64,000 nt of DNA from a virus. Lineage: Duplodnaviria > Heunggongvirae > Uroviricota > Caudoviricetes. Numbering within the stretch: position 1 is the first letter of the stretch; every line of letters begins with the position of its first letter. Below are positions 7,657 through 16,711 of this stretch, piece by piece. Both the position numbers and the translations under genes were made by a program. The notes under the pieces are model-generated. The model ran no database searches, was not told where the DNA came from, and worked only from the letters and a program-made list of their open reading frames with translations. The DNA lies in the IMG/VR virus record IMGVR_UViG_3300047560_002175, positions 64,001 to 128,000 of that record; one strand, written 5' to 3'.

Positions 7657-7905
7657 TTTTCAAACATTGCCTTAATGCCCGGACCTAATACAAATACACA
7701 AAAGAAAGCTAAACCAAAACTTTCATTTAGTGATAAAATGTAACCATGGTCTTTGAAGATGAACCATGCTATTAAATAGAATATGATGCCAAGTATCGTG
7801 CTCATTTCTTTTTCTCCTTTTCAATCTGCTTAAACGCTTCAACTGTTTTTGAGATTGCAACTCCAAACAATGTTCCAACTACTAAAGCTATTGGTACTAA
7901 CGGCA

Positions 7906-8148
7906 TTATTCACCTCTCAATGTTTTAAGTAAACCTACAAATGGATCTAAAAATAACACATGTATAGTACATAACATCAATGGTATTGGCCAAAAGAAGA
8001 AACAAAATATGATTAAAGATTTATAGTACCATGCGTCTTTAGGAGCCTCCTTAGAAATTACATGAATTGTAGCTCTAGCAACCATTAAGTAAAATACTAC
8101 AAGACCAAAAATTCCTACTACTATTCCTGAATCCATTATGCTCTCCAC
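7906..8148 (-). CDS. small membrane protein
   Basis: two hydrophobic segments, FFFWPI motif. Confidence 0.55.
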   Translation of the reverse strand: MESIMDSGIVVGIFGLVVFYLMVARATIHVISKEAPKDAWYYKSLIIFCFFFWPIPLMLCTIHVLFLDPFVGLLKTLRGE

Positions 8149-8284
8149 ATTAAAAATGCCCAGCCAAGCATTGCTCTTAGCCAGTGTATAGGATTAGCAA
8201 CTTGTTTAGAACTTTCACATGTGAATGTGAAATACAACATACCTATAAATAGGTAAGCTGCTACAGTTAAAATAATCATAATCA

Positions 8285-9385
8285 TTAGATTTCCTCCTGT
8301 GTTAAGAACCAGTTACGTGCTACATATTTAACTCGAGACATAACATCTTTAATGTCAAGCTCGCTTGCAACTAAAGTATCAGTTTCTTCTTTAACAACAT
8401 CATCAGAGATCCATTTTAAGAAAACCGGAATGCTTTTAGGTTCGATACTAATATTGTTACATTTCAAATATTCTAAACCTTGATTAAGTCTAGATTCAGT
8501 TACAACAGTTTCAGCAAACTCGTTAATAGAATTAACTTTTTCAATATCAACACTTGCTAGTGTTTTAACTTTAGATGAACTGTGTTTTTCACCTTTAACT
8601 TTAAACATAAAGCGTGAGCTGTTATATCCAGGAGTAACACATTGCCAAACAATACCTTCACCTACACCTGTTACGCCAAATTGTTTAGCAATTGGACAAT
8701 TTTGTTCTACTTCAACAGTAAGTTCACCGAGTTTGTTTTGTGCAAGCTCAGGCTGATTGAAATCAATTTCCATTGTGTATGTTTTAAAATCATACTTAGT
8801 AAATAAGTTGTCAGGGAAATCTAACCCGCGGAAGCCAACAATTTCTTTAGCGTATTCTACTGTTCGTTTAACTTGTTCAGCAGTAAAGTAAATACGAGTT
8901 TGTTCGCTTGTTGCTGGATCAACATGTGCGTCCCATGCAACAATACCAAAGATGATAAACATTTTAGGTACTTCACTAATACCTACACCTTTTTGTACGC
9001 CTTGTCCGCACCATTCACCAAAGATAGAATAATGTGTCAATGTACCTTCGTGAAAAGTGTTTGAAGCAGCTACTAATAAACTTTCAAATGCAGCGCGGTG
9101 TTTTACTGTGTAAGCAGCCCAACCAAAGTTGTCATTTACAACAGTTAAAATACGTTCGCGTGATTGAGCCCAAAAATCATGTAATTTAGTTGATTCGCAA
9201 GTAACACTAGCATTAGTGCCATGTGCCTTAACAGAACCTTCAAACGTTAAAGTTGGCATAGGTGCAAAGCGATCAATAATTGGATTGCCATCTGCATCTA
9301 ATCCTTTAAAGCTTGAACGACTTTTAACTTCCTTAACCACTTGTCTAAATTGATTGATACTTGGCCATGACATGTGTTTTTGCAT
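8285..9385 (-). CDS. RNA ligase, Rnl2-like nucleotidyltransferase
   Basis: motif I KAHGTNA, IFGEWCGQGVQKG, GEGIVW, FKVKGEKH. Confidence 0.82.
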   Translation of the reverse strand: MQKHMSWPSINQFRQVVKEVKSRSSFKGLDADGNPIIDRFAPMPTLTFEGSVKAHGTNASVTCESTKLHDFWAQSRERILTVVNDNFGWAAYTVKHRAAFESLLVAASNTFHEGTLTHYSIFGEWCGQGVQKGVGISEVPKMFIIFGIVAWDAHVDPATSEQTRIYFTAEQVKRTVEYAKEIVGFRGLDFPDNLFTKYDFKTYTMEIDFNQPELAQNKLGELTVEVEQNCPIAKQFGVTGVGEGIVWQCVTPGYNSSRFMFKVKGEKHSSSKVKTLASVDIEKVNSINEFAETVVTESRLNQGLEYLKCNNISIEPKSIPVFLKWISDDVVKEETDTLVASELDIKDVMSRVKYVARNWFLTQEEI

Positions 9386-9443
9386 AGTGTACTCCTGTTG
9401 TTTGTTAAATAAAAATATATTATATTATAAGTGTATAGTAATG

Positions 9444-9668
9444 TCAAACTTTTTTAATAAGTATTTGCGCCGCAAGATCTTTTCTTAAAGTTAGTGAAAA
9501 TCCACGTAATTTAAGTTCTATAGGGTCTCCAAGTGGAGCAACTCTAACTACAGTCACTTCTGTGTTACGAGTTAGCCCCATGGTAAGTAATTGTTTTCTT
9601 ACAGGTGTATTTTCTAAATAACCTTGAACAATTGCAGATTCATTTACTTTTAAGAGATCTAGAGTCAT
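9444..9668 (-). CDS. feoA: ferrous iron transport protein A
   Basis: QLLTMGLTRNTEVTVVRVAPLGDPIELKLRGFSLTLRK. Confidence 0.93.
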   Translation of the reverse strand: MTLDLLKVNESAIVQGYLENTPVRKQLLTMGLTRNTEVTVVRVAPLGDPIELKLRGFSLTLRKDLAAQILIKKV

Positions 9669-9669
9669 A

Positions 9670-10290
9670 TTAGTTCACATATTGAATTTCAGTTTGAGTA
9701 ACATAAACGGTTGCTAATTTATCAAAATATCCGCACCATGGAAAATGACTAAACGCAAATTCTTGTCCATCAGAAGTATGCAAAGTTGTAGTTACTGAAC
9801 CAGTACCGCTACTTTGAATATATTTGTAAGTAGTATTATGTGGTAACGTTATGTTAGTGATATTCTTATCGGCTAGTTCTTTTTTAATAGTTCCGTAGCC
9901 GTTGATATTATCATAATGTTCAGAATCCCATAAGAATCTTTCAAGTTCTTCTGCAGCAGCTAAATCATAGAATACACCAATAGTTTCAGTACTCTCGCAT
10001 TCGGCTCTACCAAATGAATCACCGGTATCCCATTCTACCCATACCACATACACTTCATCACCAGGTTTAAGTGGTAATTTAGTAACAACATCTGGATGTG
10101 TAGTAGTTATTCTAGCTGATTTAAAGAAATTATAATATTCTTCACGCCAGTCACCATATTCTTCATCTTCTCGGTATGCATCAACTAGTGTACTTTCGAT
10201 ATACACTTCTAACCCAACTGGTTTATTTTCAAGTTTGTGAATATCGTAATCGTCTAATGATGGGTCAATATAATCTTCTTCATCTGTCAT
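9670..10290 (-). CDS. acidic hypothetical protein
   Basis: 206-aa ORF in an overlapping operon. Confidence 0.6.
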   Translation of the reverse strand: MTDEEDYIDPSLDDYDIHKLENKPVGLEVYIESTLVDAYREDEEYGDWREEYYNFFKSARITTTHPDVVTKLPLKPGDEVYVVWVEWDTGDSFGRAECESTETIGVFYDLAAAEELERFLWDSEHYDNINGYGTIKKELADKNITNITLPHNTTYKYIQSSGTGSVTTTLHTSDGQEFAFSHFPWCGYFDKLATVYVTQTEIQYVN

Positions 10291-10517
10291 TCTTGTTTCT
10301 CCTCATATACCCAATTGTAATAGTCTTTTGGATTCCACCATTCTAAGCCACAATAACAGGTTGGTATGTCTCCCTTTTGCGGTTGGTCGGCTCTGTTGAA
10401 AAATGTAAATCCGTCGGTGTAAAAACGTTCACCGCTGTGTAAATCTCTATTAGCAATAGCAACTAAATGCCCGTTTGGGCAAACGATAAATGTACTGCGA
10501 GGGGTTGCAACTGTCAT
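10287..10517 (-). CDS. small Cys/His protein (possible Zn ribbon)
   Basis: CPNGH and CYCG motifs. Confidence 0.55.
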   Translation of the reverse strand: MTVATPRSTFIVCPNGHLVAIANRDLHSGERFYTDGFTFFNRADQPQKGDIPTCYCGLEWWNPKDYYNWVYEEKQE

Positions 10518-10993
10518 TACTCTAACCTTACTAATACTACATCTCTATCAATTGCCCATTCGGTAAGTATGCGCATTACTTTAATTGGATCACCACCTGC
10601 TAATCCGCAGCCTATCATAGGAAATCCAAACTTAGTATCTTTAGGAAAGTGTTTTCCTATCTTGTGTAATACTTCTTCAAATGCTTGATAATCAAATGGA
10701 GCTCCATTTGAATGCCCGTAATGATACTGTGTATAAGCATTGACTACTTTACAGCATGGAGTTTCTGCAACAGTGAATGTTCCAAGTTTAGCTTTGTCAG
10801 CCATGTTAGTAGTACGATCGACTTCTGCTACTTGTGGCCATCGCATTGCAAGTTGTTTAGCAATACCTGCGCCCATTGTATTAAAACAATTACAACCATG
10901 CACAATAACATCAAATCGTTCTTGTAATGCAAGTTGTATTAAATCTCCGGTTATTACTCTCATTTTAATCTTCCTATTAGTGTGTACATCCAA
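10517..10993 (-). CDS. macrodomain (ADP-ribose processing) protein
   Basis: ITGDLI, VHGCNCFNTMGAGIAKQL, VVNAYTQY, FPMIGCGLAGGD. Confidence 0.92.
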   Translation of the reverse strand: MDVHTNRKIKMRVITGDLIQLALQERFDVIVHGCNCFNTMGAGIAKQLAMRWPQVAEVDRTTNMADKAKLGTFTVAETPCCKVVNAYTQYHYGHSNGAPFDYQAFEEVLHKIGKHFPKDTKFGFPMIGCGLAGGDPIKVMRILTEWAIDRDVVLVRLE

Positions 10994-11316
10994 CGTGGAA
11001 ATACAGGTTCGTTACAAAAAGCATCACAACTTTCTAATCCTGCAGGTGGATCAGGAAGTTCATATAGTGATTTTAATGGAGGTGGAGGATTAAATCCAGT
11101 CATTCCGTTTTGATTGCGATATTGCGGTTTGTGTGGTGGAAGAGGAGGGGACATCGTCTTAAACGGATGCCCGTCAACAATACGTTTCATAGCATCACGG
11201 TGTTCCATCAATGCTATGCGTGTTTCACCGTGATCTATATACATTATTTCATATCTCAACTTTTCTAATGTTGAATTGATATAATCGTATGATTCTTGTG
11301 TTAAGTTTTGATTCAT
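10960..11316 (-). CDS. proline-rich hypothetical protein
   Basis: 118-aa ORF overlapping both neighbours. Confidence 0.5.
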   Translation of the reverse strand: MNQNLTQESYDYINSTLEKLRYEIMYIDHGETRIALMEHRDAMKRIVDGHPFKTMSPPLPPHKPQYRNQNGMTGFNPPPPLKSLYELPDPPAGLESCDAFCNEPVFPRWMYTLIGRLK

Positions 11317-12623
11317 AGTCCACCTAATGCGCGTAATCGAATAGTATCTAAACTATCATCAATCAACAGCTTACCATTGTGATAATATGTTTCTAATTGG
11401 TATTCTTCAAATCTACCACCTTGTGATTTTTTACCTGGATCAGTAACTGGATTTTTAACAGTATCAATCCATTCATCATTGATTTTCATTGCAGAAGTTT
11501 TCTGTGCAAATGAATAAGTATCACGATTCACTTTTTGTAATAAACCACCACCACTGCCATATACAAGTGTTTCAGCTGCATAGCCAAGTTCTTTAACCAT
11601 GTGTGCTAATGCTTTCATAGATGCAGTATCAATACCATCACCTTGAATTAAACTAACATTGTTAAGCACTTTGTAGCCTTTAGAGTTTACAGTATGTCCA
11701 AACCAGTAATCAATAACATTAAGTAATTTTGGTATTACTACTAATGGATTACCTGAGTCTGGTCGGATAACAACTTTAATACCACTTTGTTTAATAATGT
11801 GTACAAAGTGTGAACACAATGCTTCAGTATCGCGATAAATGTCATAACCATCAAGTACAATTGAAACTATATCACCTTTTGCCATATCGTGTAGAATAGA
11901 TGAAATATATTCCATTTGTTTATCATTGCCATAAGAGCATTGAACGCTGTGTTCAGTAGCAGGAATTGAGTAACCTGGCATTTTACAATTATAATACTTA
12001 CGGCTAGCAGCAATTGATGCTAAGTTGTCAGTACCTCTAAAGTAAATTAAGTGAGCTAATCCACCCATCTCTGCAGTCTCATATGAGCTTACACCGCGAG
12101 CGCCAAAGTCATGTAATGCAAATTGTAAGTTTGCTAGGTTATCAGAAGTTTCATCGTACACTTCTTTAAGTATTGCATAGTTCTCACGATCATTTGAAGC
12201 AATAGTACTTGGATACCAAACATCACGTTGCAACCATGATTCAATGTAAGATGGCAACCAGTACAACTCTGGATCGTTTGATTCAACTGTAAGAATTGGA
12301 GTTTGTGATGGAGTAGGTGTGCCTTCTAGCACTGCTTTAATAGTAACAGGCAAGTAACCACCGTGTACATCATGAATTCTCTCCCATCCTGCGTAATTAA
12401 ATGGTAATCCATGTTCAGTAAGAATCTGTTCTGCTTCAATAACATCTTCCCATTTAATTGGTTTTAGCAGATTCTTTTTAATTGCCATCTGCAAGCCAAA
12501 TGGTACGATTGTTTTACCTGGCTTTCTTGCTGACAAGTAAGCAAATTGAGCAGAAGTACCAGCTGGGTACCATGCATAGTGACTGGCTTTGTAAGAGTCG
12601 GCATTAAGAATAATATTAGACAT
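11313..12623 (-). CDS. nadV: nicotinamide phosphoribosyltransferase (NAMPT/NadV)
   Basis: ADSYKASH, LHDFGARG, IPATEHSV, VIRPDSGNP, IQGDGI, GSGGGLLQKVNRDT. Confidence 0.95.
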   Translation of the reverse strand: MSNIILNADSYKASHYAWYPAGTSAQFAYLSARKPGKTIVPFGLQMAIKKNLLKPIKWEDVIEAEQILTEHGLPFNYAGWERIHDVHGGYLPVTIKAVLEGTPTPSQTPILTVESNDPELYWLPSYIESWLQRDVWYPSTIASNDRENYAILKEVYDETSDNLANLQFALHDFGARGVSSYETAEMGGLAHLIYFRGTDNLASIAASRKYYNCKMPGYSIPATEHSVQCSYGNDKQMEYISSILHDMAKGDIVSIVLDGYDIYRDTEALCSHFVHIIKQSGIKVVIRPDSGNPLVVIPKLLNVIDYWFGHTVNSKGYKVLNNVSLIQGDGIDTASMKALAHMVKELGYAAETLVYGSGGGLLQKVNRDTYSFAQKTSAMKINDEWIDTVKNPVTDPGKKSQGGRFEEYQLETYYHNGKLLIDDSLDTIRLRALGGL

Positions 12624-12633
12624 TGTTACCTCG

Positions 12634-13575
12634 TTATTTCAAATTAAATTTTATCTTAGCAAATGTATTAGTCATTGAGCTAATAATATCTCTATGATCA
12701 TGGAACATATCTAAGTCGTTAAGTACAGTAGTTAATGGAAACCATTGTGCATCAATTGCATCGTCATTGGCTACTGTTTGCATAGGTTCATCAACTACAA
12801 ACATTTTACAGTATGTAACTCTAAGAATACCACCGCTGTCTCGACGTACTGAATCAAACAACTGAGTCTTGTATGCTATGCTACTGACAGTAATACCTGT
12901 TTCTTCTAGTAGTTCGCGATCAGCGCATTGATCAAATGTTTCATTAGCATTCTTAAATCCGCCTGGCAATGCCCATTTGTTTTTACCTGGAGCAGTTTTT
13001 CTTTTAATTAGTAAAACTTGATTGTCATTAGTTATTACTAATGCATCACTACAACAAAATGTAAGTGTTTCTGGAAACGGATAACTTGCAAACATCTGTT
13101 TCTCGTTTTTAAAATAGTTGTAGTCTTCTTGTGCTAGTTCAGGTAATTGATTATTTTCTGCTAGTTCAGTTCTAATTTGTGTACCTGAAATAGTTGAAAC
13201 TGGATCAACTTCTATGTATTCAAATCCTTGAAACCAAGACAAGTATAAGTTATCTGGTTTAGTATGTCCATATAAGCAAACGTCGTGATCTTCTGAATGC
13301 ATACGAATAATATAACATGTTTGCGATATCCATTTGTTATCATTATACAAGTAGTCGTTAAGTGGTTCCACAATAACATTAGGAAACTTCTGTTTAACAT
13401 TGTCATGTCGTTCTGCATAGGACCATGGATTCTTAATAGTATTTGATTGATTAGCTGAACCAATTAAAACTAATTGTTTATCAGTATTTTTAATCATAGT
13501 CTGTATGATTAGTTCGTGTCCTTCATGCATTGGTTGTAATCTACCAATAAAAACACCTAATTTAGGTTTTATCAT
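12634..13575 (-). CDS. bifunctional NMN adenylyltransferase / Nudix hydrolase (NadM-Nudix/NatV-like)
   Basis: GRLQPMHEGH (HxGH) and Nudix box PGGFKNANETFDQCADRELLEETG. Confidence 0.93.
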   Translation of the reverse strand: MIKPKLGVFIGRLQPMHEGHELIIQTMIKNTDKQLVLIGSANQSNTIKNPWSYAERHDNVKQKFPNVIVEPLNDYLYNDNKWISQTCYIIRMHSEDHDVCLYGHTKPDNLYLSWFQGFEYIEVDPVSTISGTQIRTELAENNQLPELAQEDYNYFKNEKQMFASYPFPETLTFCCSDALVITNDNQVLLIKRKTAPGKNKWALPGGFKNANETFDQCADRELLEETGITVSSIAYKTQLFDSVRRDSGGILRVTYCKMFVVDEPMQTVANDDAIDAQWFPLTTVLNDLDMFHDHRDIISSMTNTFAKIKFNLK

Positions 13576-13924
13576 TTATCAAGTTCCTTTATGCAAATAA
13601 AGATTCAGGGGAATCAACTTCCCCTGCATTGTCCTCTAAGTAAAAATCATATAAGTCATATTCTAACTCGGGAATATGTTCTTTCTTAGGTTGATGTACT
13701 CCTCCTTTACCTAATATAGGTGCTGGATTATGACCCCTTACGTAATGTGCTTTCATTTGTATCTCCAAATAGTTTTTTTCTAAGATCAGATATCTGAAAC
13801 TTTTTTGATCTGTTTTTGTTTATAAACTTTTGTTCTGGATCATTCTGATATTGTCTTATACGTGATAAAATATCATTGTGTTTGTATTCCATATTGACTC
13901 CTTGTGTAATTAATATTTTTGCTT

Positions 13925-13953
13925 ATTATATAGTGTACTTATAATAAAGTCAA
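13925..13953 (-). promoter_or_regulatory. sigma70-like promoter of the NAD operon
   Basis: TTGACT-N17-TATAAT. Confidence 0.65.
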
Positions 13954-13959
13954 CATTAA

Positions 13960-14460
13960 AGGACTAAAGTCCTAAAACATTCAAAGTTCATATTCGTTGG
14001 CACTCATATTCACTTATCTGTTTTATTTTTAATCTCTTTTTTAATATTGAATAATAATGATTGCTTTTTAATTTTATGTAGATTGTAGAGCCAATATGAT
14101 ACCTAAAATCGGTATCATAAGAGGAAGGACTTTATGTGAGTTGCTTCGCTTTTTTAGATAGCAGGTGTTTTTATTTTGATCCCGATGTTTGGCTCTACGC
14201 TTACCAGTACCTGCCGCGACTTTTAAGAATACCTCGTATCATTGTATTCATACATCGTTTAGAATCATTTTGCAACCATATACAATTAAACAAACGCTAG
14301 TAACCAGTGGGTTCTCGTTTAGGCATCCAATAAAGGGTAGTGTTTAAAGGCCTGACTATAGCAGTCAGAACTAGCTACCATCACACATCAGAATGGGTTC
14401 ACTAACGGTATTACAATTGGCCCGTCAACCTTAAGCTATAATTTCAACTAGTATACACTC
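13960..14460. ncRNA. candidate ~500-nt ORF-free structured region
   Basis: interleaved pairings 14085-14094/14189-14198 and 14161-14166/14209-14214, plus local hairpins. Confidence 0.4.
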
Positions 14461-14510
14461 ACTGTTTTCAAAAGTCATCTTTGATTTTACCAAAAGATAA
14501 ATATATTACT

Positions 14511-15119
14511 ATGAAAATACATGAAATTATAAGCGAGGCTCACAATCGTGGTGATATGAAGTCGGTGCTAACTGCAAGAGGATATAAATTGTTAGGAACT
14601 GGATATTATGCAACTGTTTGGCAAGCACCGAATGGATCAATTTTAAAAGTGTTTTCTGCAAGTGAAGAACAAGATTATCATAATAAAACTTGGTTAGAAC
14701 CTAATTATGAACAGTATCCTGACGATCTAAAAGATTTTTTAATGTTCTATCATTATGTTAAGCAACATCCAAGTCCATATCTTCCAAAATTTGGAAAACT
14801 TAAACGTGTAACAGTTGATAATCGTGAATATGTTATTGTAACAACTGAACCATTATCAGCAACTAGTACTAATCCAAAAACTGAAGATGCGTTTAGGTCT
14901 ATAATAGTTAATGGCGGAGCTACTACATGGGAAGAGATAATTAAATATAGTCCAAGAGATGCTGACATATTAAATAAGTATGGTCCAAAAACATTTATGC
15001 CAGTTGCATTATTAGCCGCACATCTTAGTAGTATAAGTCCAACTTGGGATTTCTCAGATCATTTATCTAGCAATATAATGTTTCGTGGTGATATTCCAAT
15101 AATTAATGATCCGTGGTAA
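14511..15119 (+). CDS. protein kinase-like fold protein with MKIxEI N-terminus
   Basis: Gly loop LLGTGYYATVW, ILKVF, DHLSSNIM, IINDP; start moved to 14511 (MKIHEIISE) after the TAAATA late promoter. Confidence 0.7.
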   Translation: MKIHEIISEAHNRGDMKSVLTARGYKLLGTGYYATVWQAPNGSILKVFSASEEQDYHNKTWLEPNYEQYPDDLKDFLMFYHYVKQHPSPYLPKFGKLKRVTVDNREYVIVTTEPLSATSTNPKTEDAFRSIIVNGGATTWEEIIKYSPRDADILNKYGPKTFMPVALLAAHLSSISPTWDFSDHLSSNIMFRGDIPIINDPW

Positions 15120-15125
15120 CGAGTC

Positions 15126-15156
15126 AATAAAAAAAGCTGCCCTAGGGCAGCTTTTA
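15126..15156. terminator. bidirectional intrinsic terminator
   Basis: AAAAAAAGCTGCCC-TA-GGGCAGCTTTT between convergent genes. Confidence 0.8.
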
Positions 15157-15158
15157 AT

Positions 15159-15362
15159 TTATCCACCTGCTACGCCTGGAACTCCAGGTTGAGTGTGACA
15201 CGCCATACCAACAGGAATTGCCCATGACATTGGATAAATCCACCACGACCCGTCAAAACCGTTGCAACGGTTGCTAACTAGTACGCCGTATGCATTTACA
15301 AATTCAATTGAAAATGCAGATGTTGAAAACGTTAATAATGCTACTAATAGAATTTTTTTCAT
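15159..15362 (-). CDS. small secreted Cys-containing protein
   Basis: signal peptide MKKILLVALLTFSTSAFS; two Cys. Confidence 0.6.
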   Translation of the reverse strand: MKKILLVALLTFSTSAFSIEFVNAYGVLVSNRCNGFDGSWWIYPMSWAIPVGMACHTQPGVPGVAGG

Positions 15363-15384
15363 AAATCCTCCTAACGTATGTTAT

Positions 15385-15412
15385 GAAAAAGCACCCCGGA
15401 GGGTGCTTAGTT
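15385..15412 (-). terminator. intrinsic terminator after the tmRNA coding piece
   Basis: AAGCACCC-TCCG-GGGTGCTTTTT on the minus strand. Confidence 0.75.
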
Positions 15413-15757
15413 GTATTTTGGTTAACAAGGCATACATGCCCCGGAGGGGTAGGTTATTAAGCTACCATGTCAGCTGCTTCCAAAGAGAAGTCAACTGTCA
15501 TATACTCGAATTTAGATGCTTTTGCGTCTATAAGTTTTGCGCTGTTTAGGACAGTCACCTCACCTGTTGCCGTCTCCATTATCTCACCCAATCGAAACCA
15601 TGACAGCCCCATTATAAAACACACTAGCACTTCCCTTTTAGGGGGCAGGAAGTTTATGGCTATGGCCCCACTCTAATACCTCTAATGTGTTTTATGGTGG
15701 AACTGGGGGGAGTCGAACCCCCGTCTTGAATGCCTTCACTTTGAAGGAATTACAACA
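15413..15757 (-). ncRNA. ssrA: two-piece (circularly permuted) tmRNA
   Basis: acceptor piece GGGGG-TTCGACT-CCCCC-CAGTTCC-A-CCA ends at 15695; 84-nt intervening segment; coding piece starts GGGGCTGTCATGGTTTCGA at 15610 (G3:U70); tag ORF 15525-15457 AKASKFEYMTVDFSLEAADMVA*. Confidence 0.88.
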
Positions 15758-15799
15758 ATAATAAGAACACTAATAAATCTAATGTTCTTATTATTATTT

Positions 15800-15841
15800 A
15801 GTATGTGTACATTATACACTAATAAAACAGTTTGTCAAGTA
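15800..15841 (-). promoter_or_regulatory. sigma70-like promoter for the tmRNA
   Basis: TTGACA-N16-TATAAT, near-identical to 7085-7126. Confidence 0.7.
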
Positions 15842-16081
15842 CTAATTACTCCATTTTAACATAAACCAATTTTTGTATTTCTCTTCAGCAAAATAAATTG
15901 CATGTACAATTTGGCACCGATATGCATGATAAGGTTCCAGTGCGTCGTCGATATCCTTTGCTGAAAGGTGTACACAATTATCACCGTGTTGGTATCGAAG
16001 ATCATTAATAAAATTGCGCCATGTAGTAGGACATTCGTCCCACCAATCACCAAGATCTAGTTTATATTCAGTTGGATTCAT
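15842..16081 (-). CDS. small paralog-family protein (F-x-x-E...WF-x-L-K-W end)
   Basis: ends FAEEKYKNWFMLKWSN. Confidence 0.6.
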   Translation of the reverse strand: MNPTEYKLDLGDWWDECPTTWRNFINDLRYQHGDNCVHLSAKDIDDALEPYHAYRCQIVHAIYFAEEKYKNWFMLKWSN

Positions 16082-16091
16082 GTTACCTCCG

Positions 16092-16316
16092 TTAAATGCT
16101 TAATATGAACCAGGCTAAATCTTTTTCAGATTCAAATATTATGTGGCCAAAACCTACATTCATGTTAAAATCACCGTTAAACTTATCTTTAACAAATTTC
16201 TTTGATTCAGGGAGTGTTACAAGGTTTTCGTGTAAGTAATCCTTGCCTGCTACTGCAATATATTGCCATTGTTCAAATGTTAGCTTATGTTCTATCAATA
16301 TATCTCCTTTGCCCAA
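16092..16316 (-). CDS. small paralog-family protein
   Basis: ends FESEKDLAWFILSI. Confidence 0.6.
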   Translation of the reverse strand: MGKGDILIEHKLTFEQWQYIAVAGKDYLHENLVTLPESKKFVKDKFNGDFNMNVGFGHIIFESEKDLAWFILSI

Positions 16317-16519
16317 AGCAAATTAAATACAAAGTAATCATCATTATCCATTTCCCAATGACCGGATTGTTCAAAACTTGTTTGCTTGGTTATAACAAAT
16401 TTTGCTGATTTAAACCCTTGCTGTCTCATAAATTCGTCACACAGCAGTTCTTTATTTGAAGTCATGTACCATAGTTCAAAAAACTCAGGATAATTATCAT
16501 ATAAATCTTCTATTATCAT
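16295..16519 (-). CDS. small paralog-family protein
   Basis: ends MDNDDYFVFNLLWAKEIY. Confidence 0.55.
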   Translation of the reverse strand: MIIEDLYDNYPEFFELWYMTSNKELLCDEFMRQQGFKSAKFVITKQTSFEQSGHWEMDNDDYFVFNLLWAKEIY

Positions 16520-16520
16520 T

Positions 16521-16709
16521 TTATCCGCCCCATCTCATAACAAACCAAAATCGATCTTCTTCATCTCTAAACTGAACAGTATACTCTAACATGAACCATC
16601 TGCTATTTATTAGCCCAGCAGATGGTCCAAATGTTTCATTACACCATTCTAAGATTTCAGACTTACTCTGACGATGCGGAAGAATCGCTGAATATCTAAG
16701 TCCAGACAT
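16521..16709 (-). CDS. small paralog-family protein
   Basis: ends FRDEEDRFWFVMRWGG. Confidence 0.6.
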   Translation of the reverse strand: MSGLRYSAILPHRQSKSEILEWCNETFGPSAGLINSRWFMLEYTVQFRDEEDRFWFVMRWGG

Positions 16710-16711
16710 TG

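Noticed and set aside
15262-15676. Plus-strand ORFs 15262-15549 and 15467-15676
   Set aside because: Antisense to the tmRNA and a real gene; no SD or recognisable motifs
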